A model generated the notes under the pieces. The model was given only the letters and a program-made list of their open reading frames with translations, was not told the DNA's origin and ran no database searches. A stretch of 32,000 nt of DNA, taken from positions 57,126 to 89,125 of the forward strand of contig JBAZYK010000007.1 in assembly GCA_041659405.1 (NCBI GenBank), given 5' to 3'. The DNA is from Candidatus Altimarinota bacterium. GTDB taxonomy: Bacteria; Patescibacteriota; Gracilibacteria; UBA1369. The position numbers were made by a program, and so were the translations under genes. This document shows, piece after piece, positions 25,606 through 32,000 of the stretch (positions are counted from its first letter, which is position 1; each line of letters begins with the position of its first letter).

Positions 25606-28600
25606 TTATTCGTATTTTTTAGTTGTGTCTACTTTTCCGCTTGGATCTACGCCTTGGGCAACTTGGTTGGTATCTCCGACTATTGGATTATTTGTTGGTA
25701 CTTTTTTACCCGGTGGAATTCCTGTAGGAGGTGGAATTATTTCACCTTTAGGGCCTTCCGGTTTACCGGCTATACCGGCTGCAAAACCAAGTGTTAAAGT
25801 GTTGTGCTGGGTTGTTGAAGATGCTTCTGCTACGCTGGTACCTTGGCCTGCGTATCCTGCAAAGGCGCCGACTTGTTCTGTGCGGATTTCCAAACCTAAT
25901 TTTTCGTTAATCCAGTTGGAATAGTTTGTACATTTTTTGTAAACTCCATCAAATGTTTCAAGTTTCCAAACAAAACGGAAATCGGGATGTTTTGGATCCA
26001 GATATGCTTCCTTGCCTTCTGCTTGAGCTTTACGGATTCCTTCCAGAAGTTTGTAAAGTTCTTGTGCGGCTTTCACTTCATCTGTATTTAAGGCTGTTTT
26101 TTGATTTGCCACTATATCAATAACAATATCTCGGTATTCATCCTTGCTGAAGAGGCCTTGTGTAGCTGGGTTTTCCAATAAACCGGTTATTTGTAGGGTA
26201 AGTGGATTACTTAATAAGTTTTTAATTTTTTCCTGAGAGTTGAAATCTCCTTTGTCTTCAGCCATAGCCTCCATCGGACTAAAAGATTCCATGACGAATT
26301 TGGCCATGTCCGCTTCGATTGTATTTGGGGTTTGTAAAGCCTTGGAATATTCCACTCCACCTAAAAGTTTTTTGTCTTGATCTTCATCTTTGGTATAAAG
26401 TGTTCCTCTAAATCCACGTTCACCTTCGGTACTTGCCATGGATAAGAAACGGTCAACTTCTTTTACGTTAACTGCTCCTGTGTCGCTGTTAATATCAACA
26501 CCCTTAACACGATCTAGAGCGTATGCAGACAAAAGTTCCGGGGCGCTATTAATGCGGCGTGGGTCTTCAGCTTTCGGGTATTTTGCCTGATTTCTTTCCA
26601 CTACATCTTTAAAGCGTTTTTCAGTTGTTTTGCGGGTTCTCTTAAGTTGGTCCAAGAAGGCTGCTTGTCTTGCTTTTGGATCTTTGATCTTATCAAGTTC
26701 AGTGAATGATTCGTCAACCAATAAACCTCTGATAAGGTTCAGTTCGGCAAGATTTGGGTTTGTTCTATTGTGTTTTTCCGCCCAATCTTTATTAATTTTT
26801 GTTGTTAATTCTTTATAATCAGCAGAATCAGTTTCTTTATTACTAAGTCTGCGGTAATCCTTTTTATTTGCCTTTTCGAAGTCTTGCGCAAATTTTACAT
26901 AGTCTTGGTATTTGGATTCGTCAATTTTCCCGATTGTTTGTTTGAATGTATTAATATTTTTTTCAGTTCCTGCAGAATTTTTTCTTGCTTCAAATTTCTT
27001 GAATGAACCATCATCAATCTTAAATCCTGAAGCAGCTGCATCGGTAAGCATACAGTCGGTTGTTTGTGGGTGGAAGCCTGTTTCTGGTTTCCAGCCTTCA
27101 CCTCTTGTTGAAACTAAAACTCTTGGAGCCTGGCGATATATTTCCATTCCGGGAGTATTTGGTTGATCGCTTATTGTAATGATCGACACAAAGCTTGCGC
27201 CCGCTTCTTTTGGAAATGGATATTCAAAGTTGCTTCGTTTAATTGTAAGCGGATTTTCCGGTTTGAAATCTGAAGCAAGGAAAACGCGGCCTCCTTCAAA
27301 GACGATTCCACCTTTTGCCATTGCCGGATCTACAGCAAGTTCAAAATTTCTTTTTTCGTCATGTGGAATTAATAGTTCAAATAATTTTTTGGTTGGATCA
27401 TATTGAACTTTTAATCTAAGAGGTTCGTAAAGTGCATTAAGGCTGACTTCCAGTTTTTGGATAGAATCGATATTTTCAATAGGCGCGGTTTGTAATGGTT
27501 TTGTTGCATCTTTTACAAGAACCATTCTACCTTCTATACCTGCTGCTATATTTCCAGATTTTTCATTTAGGAAAAGAATACGTTTTTCTTCATCATTTCT
27601 GTCTTCTGTTTTTTTATTTAAAATAGAAATGAGTTGTTCTCGATCAATTTCTGATTCCATTTGTTCAGTCGATTTGTCTGATCTGAAATAGGATTTACGG
27701 TCATCGGAAAGTGTGAAATCAGGACTAATTCCAAAGACGAATTTTCCTTCGTTTGTTAGACCGAAACCAAAACTTGCGCCATTAAAGCCGGTTGGGTCGT
27801 AATTTTCCTGAACTGTTTGAACGAGATCTTTTCTTAAATTATTGTAAGCAATAAGGATCTTTTCTTGGTCGTTTAAGGCAGTCCTATCTTGTTGTAAAAT
27901 GGCGCTTCTTAACCGTGGATTTCGCATAATTGCAATTGTTTTTGCCCGTGGATCTGTAATTAGATCAATGTTGGTAAATCCAAATGCTTTCAATCCATCA
28001 TCCAGTGCTTCACGCATTTTGTATTCATGATTTTTCTTGTATCCATATACAACACCAGGTAATAAGCCAAAGTTGGTGGCAACTATGCCGACACTAACTT
28101 TGTGTTTATAGCCTGAGCTGTCTGTTCCAAGGTCTATACCAAGTGCAAGGCCTGCGCCTCCGCCAAGTTTTAAACCTTCTTCACTGACTCCAAAGCCAAG
28201 GCTTGCGCCACCGATGATACTAAAATTAACGTTTCCAATATGGCCAATAGGTGCGGTTTCGTATCCGGCTCCTGTTCCTACAGCAGCACCTACTTCACCT
28301 GTTTTCAATCCAATTCCAAGGCCTGTACCTCCACCAAGGAATAAAGTTCCATATTTGCCGTTTTCGCCCAGTTCAACCGGAAAGTTTAATGCTATGCCTA
28401 AACCAAGAGTCTTTGTATTAGCGTCATATCCTACAACCGGAATTACAGGAATAGCTTTAGAAACTGTTGTTTTAACTTCTTTTTCTAATTCAGCGCCTTT
28501 TAAGCCTTGTTTTATGTAATGTTTTCTTATGGCATTTTCAAAATTTTGACGATCTGCTTCTGGAAATTTGTAATAATTTGTTAAAGCTTCGGCGTATTTC

Positions 28601-31209
28601 TTATTAACATCGGTTTTTCTGAGATCTTCTTTTTGGGCAAGATCTAATACAAGGCCTTTTTGGATCATTTTAAAGATTGCCTGGTTTTCTTGTGGATGGC
28701 CAAGTAATCCAACAAGTTGGTAATCTGGAACTTTAGAAACATCATAAACTCCATCTTGATCTTTTGTAATACCTAAAAGTCCTTGTAATTCTGCTTCTAC
28801 CTGTTGGCGTTCTGTATCGTTAGGGTAGAGGACTCTTAGTCTGGATAGACCGGTTTGTAATAAATTACGGAATTGATTGAAAACAATTGTCTGATCAAGT
28901 TTTCCATTTTTAAGACCTCCGGCCTTTTCAACCATTTCCTTGAATTTAGCATTGGCATAAGAGCCGTTCATGTGCATTAAAGTTTCTTTGGCATCGTATT
29001 TTTTATCGACTTGTTCCAAAACATCGTTCCAACTTCTATCACCAATTTCATCGGGAAATACGTTTTGAATATATTGTCTAAGTTGTAAGTTTTCAGGGCT
29101 ATAATCTGTGATGTGTTCTGGTCTGCTCCTTAAGGCACGGCTTTCTTGTAATGCTCTTTCGTCGAGTTGCATATTTTTCAAGCCAAGGCCCAGTTTCGTG
29201 GTGCCAATAACCAAGTTTTTATAAAAATTTAAAATGTCAGGCCTGGAAGCATATTCTGGTTTGGCGAATGCTCCTTGATAAAACCTGTCAAATTCAGCTT
29301 TGGCATTGTCGTAGTTTATTAAAGGTGTAACCGCATCTCTAAACCATTTTGCGATGGTATTTTTATTACTATTTGGGTCACGATCACCACTGACCAATTC
29401 AGCTTCGTTGAAAGTCTTTTCGTTGGAATAGCCATTTTGACTTACGTATAAGCCTCCACCTGGATAGTTATAGATGACGATTTTTCCTTCATTGTTGATC
29501 TTGGCACGATAGAGATGGTTTTCAAATTCAAAATCGACAACCATAGCTGCGCCTCCTTTTTCTCTGTACTTATCGGATAATTTAGCATTTTCGTATGCTC
29601 CTAATTTTGTCAAAAAGCCCATGGCAAGATGACGGGCAGTTAAAGTATCTCCCTGATATTCTGGATTATGAAAAGGTGAATATTGATCTGAAAATTTTTC
29701 TTCTCCGTTTAATTGATCCATGGCAAACGGAACTTTTTCAGCGGAATAAGAAGGCATTCTAACTCCTGCCTCTTTCATTAAAATATTTACAAGATCAGCT
29801 GTAGTGAAGTTTTCATCTGATCCTTTTGTAATTGTCTTGTTGATTGCTGTTCTAAGTTTGTCTGGATCTTTTTTAAGATGTTCAAAGATCGGTTCATCCA
29901 TGATAATTCCTTTTAGTGCGCGTATTCCGGCAATGGCGCCGTTGGCCCATACTTCAGCCCATTTCTCCTTGTCGTCTAAAGCTTCAACAATTTTTGGGTC
30001 ATTGATCTGGAATGTTGTTTCTCCTTCGCGGAAGTTTGTGGTAAAAAAATATTTTTCACGATCTTGCGCGATTTTTTGATTCTCTCCTTGTCTGCGTGCA
30101 GTGCCTTCTTTTTCTTGTTTATCTTCACGGCCAGGGATATCTTTTTCTTTTGGAATTAAAAGATAGACGGTGTTGTCTGATCTTAAAGCCTTTTCTTTTG
30201 ATAAAAAGGCGAAGTAATCTTCATATTTTAAATTGAGGTCCCTTAGTTTTTGAATTTTAGGATAATTTTTAAAAGCTACTTTTTCATTAGGATTTATAGC
30301 GTCACGTAAAGCTTTTTCAAGAGTTTGACCTATTTCCGGTTTAATTTTGAATTTCCCGACAATTTCGTGATTTTTAAACAATTGATATTCAGCATTATCC
30401 TCGTTTTTTTGATCTACTGTGATTTTTCCTTTTTCAGGAGTTTTTTCTGTTTGTGCAGTGTAAATAATAGTTGTATCAGCAAGCAGTGGAACTTCAGTTC
30501 CGTCTCTTTTAACAAATTTACCGTTTTTATAGGTGAGAAAATAACTTTTGGTCTCAGTAGAAGGTGCTAAAACCTTAATTTTATCACCATCTTTTAATTG
30601 AGTTTTGAGAATTCTTGTAACTTCATCTCTATTTTGATTATTAACAACGATTGGCTTTTCTCTGCTTTTAGTAGTTGTAACCTCAGGTACTTTTTTTCCT
30701 TTTTCGCCTACTGATTCTTGAGTAGGTGGATGTGGTAATTTTGGTACAATTGCAAAACTTTCCCAGGTAAGTGAGCTTTTATCATTTTTTTCAAAACTGA
30801 TCCTCCCGTTTTTTAATATAATTTTACTTACATTTTTTTCACCTAATTCTTTCCAATATTGGTTCAATGTTAATGATGTTCCTTTGTTTTTCCCCTGTTC
30901 TTCAAAGTTGGCTAGTAGATCTTTATAATACGGATCTGCTAAAATAAGAGCATTTTTATAAGCTTTTTTGGCTAAATTACGCAATGTTTCCTCAATTTTT
31001 TTTGGGTCTTTATCAAAATTAACTTCGGCATCACCTGGTGGTATTTTCATAAGCTGTTCAGCCATGCTGTCCAGAATGTCCTTTGGTCCTTCTGGTGCTT
31101 TTTGTTTGCTGGTTTCTTTCCCTTCCTCAAAAACCGCCCTCTTCACCAAGCTTTCGTCCGCTCCGGGGATGCAGTTTTTTAACTGTAGGAATTTGTTGTT
31201 TATTTTCAT
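25606..31209 (-). CDS. Giant hypothetical protein (1867 aa) with a central Gly-rich, beta-strand-like block
   Basis: Single uninterrupted ORF; no signal peptide or TM helix obvious; alternating hydrophobic/Gly block LGLGIALNFPVELGENGKYGTLFLGGGTGLGIGLKTGEVGAAVGTGAGYE...; Pro-rich C-terminal tail. No family recognised. Confidence 0.9.
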   Translation of the reverse strand: MKINNKFLQLKNCIPGADESLVKRAVFEEGKETSKQKAPEGPKDILDSMAEQLMKIPPGDAEVNFDKDPKKIEETLRNLAKKAYKNALILADPYYKDLLANFEEQGKNKGTSLTLNQYWKELGEKNVSKIILKNGRISFEKNDKSSLTWESFAIVPKLPHPPTQESVGEKGKKVPEVTTTKSREKPIVVNNQNRDEVTRILKTQLKDGDKIKVLAPSTETKSYFLTYKNGKFVKRDGTEVPLLADTTIIYTAQTEKTPEKGKITVDQKNEDNAEYQLFKNHEIVGKFKIKPEIGQTLEKALRDAINPNEKVAFKNYPKIQKLRDLNLKYEDYFAFLSKEKALRSDNTVYLLIPKEKDIPGREDKQEKEGTARRQGENQKIAQDREKYFFTTNFREGETTFQINDPKIVEALDDKEKWAEVWANGAIAGIRALKGIIMDEPIFEHLKKDPDKLRTAINKTITKGSDENFTTADLVNILMKEAGVRMPSYSAEKVPFAMDQLNGEEKFSDQYSPFHNPEYQGDTLTARHLAMGFLTKLGAYENAKLSDKYREKGGAAMVVDFEFENHLYRAKINNEGKIVIYNYPGGGLYVSQNGYSNEKTFNEAELVSGDRDPNSNKNTIAKWFRDAVTPLINYDNAKAEFDRFYQGAFAKPEYASRPDILNFYKNLVIGTTKLGLGLKNMQLDERALQESRALRSRPEHITDYSPENLQLRQYIQNVFPDEIGDRSWNDVLEQVDKKYDAKETLMHMNGSYANAKFKEMVEKAGGLKNGKLDQTIVFNQFRNLLQTGLSRLRVLYPNDTERQQVEAELQGLLGITKDQDGVYDVSKVPDYQLVGLLGHPQENQAIFKMIQKGLVLDLAQKEDLRKTDVNKKYAEALTNYYKFPEADRQNFENAIRKHYIKQGLKGAELEKEVKTTVSKAIPVIPVVGYDANTKTLGLGIALNFPVELGENGKYGTLFLGGGTGLGIGLKTGEVGAAVGTGAGYETAPIGHIGNVNFSIIGGASLGFGVSEEGLKLGGGAGLALGIDLGTDSSGYKHKVSVGIVATNFGLLPGVVYGYKKNHEYKMREALDDGLKAFGFTNIDLITDPRAKTIAIMRNPRLRSAILQQDRTALNDQEKILIAYNNLRKDLVQTVQENYDPTGFNGASFGFGLTNEGKFVFGISPDFTLSDDRKSYFRSDKSTEQMESEIDREQLISILNKKTEDRNDEEKRILFLNEKSGNIAAGIEGRMVLVKDATKPLQTAPIENIDSIQKLEVSLNALYEPLRLKVQYDPTKKLFELLIPHDEKRNFELAVDPAMAKGGIVFEGGRVFLASDFKPENPLTIKRSNFEYPFPKEAGASFVSIITISDQPNTPGMEIYRQAPRVLVSTRGEGWKPETGFHPQTTDCMLTDAAASGFKIDDGSFKKFEARKNSAGTEKNINTFKQTIGKIDESKYQDYVKFAQDFEKANKKDYRRLSNKETDSADYKELTTKINKDWAEKHNRTNPNLAELNLIRGLLVDESFTELDKIKDPKARQAAFLDQLKRTRKTTEKRFKDVVERNQAKYPKAEDPRRINSAPELLSAYALDRVKGVDINSDTGAVNVKEVDRFLSMASTEGERGFRGTLYTKDEDQDKKLLGGVEYSKALQTPNTIEADMAKFVMESFSPMEAMAEDKGDFNSQEKIKNLLSNPLTLQITGLLENPATQGLFSKDEYRDIVIDIVANQKTALNTDEVKAAQELYKLLEGIRKAQAEGKEAYLDPKHPDFRFVWKLETFDGVYKKCTNYSNWINEKLGLEIRTEQVGAFAGYAGQGTSVAEASSTTQHNTLTLGFAAGIAGKPEGPKGEIIPPPTGIPPGKKVPTNNPIVGDTNQVAQGVDPSGKVDTTKKYE

Positions 31210-31288
31210 AGGTTTGTTTGTTTAATTTTTGTTTATAAGTGTGAGGGAGGGGCTGTGTGCTGCGCTTTGGCTGGCACATGTGCGTTTT

Positions 31289-31792
31289 TTACCTTTTGTT
31301 CTTGTTTATTTCTTCCAGTAAATCTTCCAATTGTTTTTTGGCATCAACGATCTTTTGGGCGCGTTCCATGACGCGTTGATCGTAATAGCTTGAATGTGCT
31401 TCAAAAACGATTGGTTGTGTATAAGGGGTAATGTCGATGCGCTCTTTTTTGCTGTTGTAAAAGCTTAAATGTCCGTCTTCAATGTTTAGTTCTTTACAGC
31501 CTGCATCCGCCATTTTTTCCCAGAAATCTTTAATTCCGACTTCGGGACTTAGTGTTTCTGTTAATGATTTTACGATGGCTTCTTCATACGCACGGCGATT
31601 AAGTTCATCGGTTGGGAAAGTTTTTTCGGCAAGAGCCTGTAAACTTTTGTTCATTTCGCCGGGCAAAAATTTGGCAGTTGCGTTGTATTGTTGCCATTGA
31701 TTTTCTTCCGCAACGCGAGTCTGCGTTCGCTCTCCAAAACTGGATGCTTTAGCGGCTTTTGTGTTTTTTTTGTTCACAGTTGTAGTTGCCAT
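31289..31792 (-). CDS. Hypothetical protein (167 aa)
   Basis: ORF directly downstream of a strong promoter and upstream of the giant gene; C-terminal helix ERAQKIVDAKKQLEDLLEEINKNKR suggests a coiled coil. Confidence 0.75.
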   Translation of the reverse strand: MATTTVNKKNTKAAKASSFGERTQTRVAEENQWQQYNATAKFLPGEMNKSLQALAEKTFPTDELNRRAYEEAIVKSLTETLSPEVGIKDFWEKMADAGCKELNIEDGHLSFYNSKKERIDITPYTQPIVFEAHSSYYDQRVMERAQKIVDAKKQLEDLLEEINKNKR

Positions 31793-31835
31793 AAAGTTTG
31801 TTTTTTAGAGTTTTTAGAGTTTTAGAAATCTTTAA

Positions 31836-31864
31836 ATTATAACAAAATAAGCTCAAATGGTCAA
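31836..31864 (-). promoter_or_regulatory. Strong sigma70-type promoter for the giant-protein transcription unit
   Basis: Minus strand: TTGACC (31859-31864), 17-nt spacer, TATAAT (31836-31841), 44 nt upstream of the ATG at 31792. Confidence 0.75.
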
Positions 31865-31918
31865 TTACATGGCTCACCCCTTTCCAAGATTTCAAGGAAC
31901 AAAAGCCGAAATAATGGC

Positions 31919-32000
31919 TTAGGAGTCTGCAAAAATAACTTTTAAGTCAAGTGGTGGTTCAGCGGTCATTTCATAGAGCTTTTTGAGGCCTCCAAGCAGG
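31919..32000 (-). CDS. C-terminal end of an unidentified CDS running off the window
   Basis: Hand translation from the window edge: LLGGLKKLYEMTAEPPLDLKVIFADS*, stop at 31919-31921. Followed by a weak hairpin (AAGCC...GGCTT, 31903-31920) and a short T run. Confidence 0.4.
   Translation of the reverse strand, partial: LLGGLKKLYEMTAEPPLDLKVIFADS

Noticed and set aside
20891-31209. Many 60-100 aa plus-strand ORFs antisense to the giant genes
   Set aside because: None has a recognisable domain or sensible context, and the two long minus-strand ORFs cover the same DNA.
1-32000. Alternative genetic code (UGA = Gly), as in Gracilibacteria/Absconditabacteria
   Set aside because: Long housekeeping ORFs read through cleanly under standard stops, and UGA is used as a stop, for example at the end of panB.
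1-32000. CRISPR array, prophage or transposon
   Set aside because: No regularly spaced direct repeats, cas, integrase, transposase or structural phage genes were found. The only tandem repeat has no spacers.

Overview
The window looks like a chromosomal segment of a small-genome bacterium resembling the Candidate Phyla Radiation, possibly Peregrinibacteria-like. That placement is an inference from gene content and giant surface-type proteins, not demonstrated. It uses the standard genetic code. In order it encodes: a K+-independent-type membrane H+-pyrophosphatase; a plus-strand run for pantothenate/CoA synthesis (type II pantothenate kinase, a Yip1-like membrane protein, panB, panC, coaBC); a Pro/Glu-rich membrane protein; a RelA/SpoT homolog; a minus-strand run of recO, ftsX, an archaeal FAD-synthetase-like cytidylyltransferase and a small membrane protein; gatC-gatA; a TrmB-family regulator; holA with Ala/Gln-rich insertions; and an HNH protein. 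The last ~11 kb is a probable four-gene minus-strand transcription unit with a readable promoter (TTGACC-17-TATAAT) and an intrinsic terminator. It encodes a 167-aa protein, a 1867-aa protein without an obvious signal peptide, a 49-aa membrane peptide missing from the supplied ORF track, and a 1506-aa secreted modular protein. Best leads are this giant-protein locus, a RelA/SpoT homolog whose hydrolase ED diad is replaced by AS, and the PE-rich membrane protein with an RRRRRHRR basic cluster. No rRNA, tRNA, CRISPR array or transposase was recognised.
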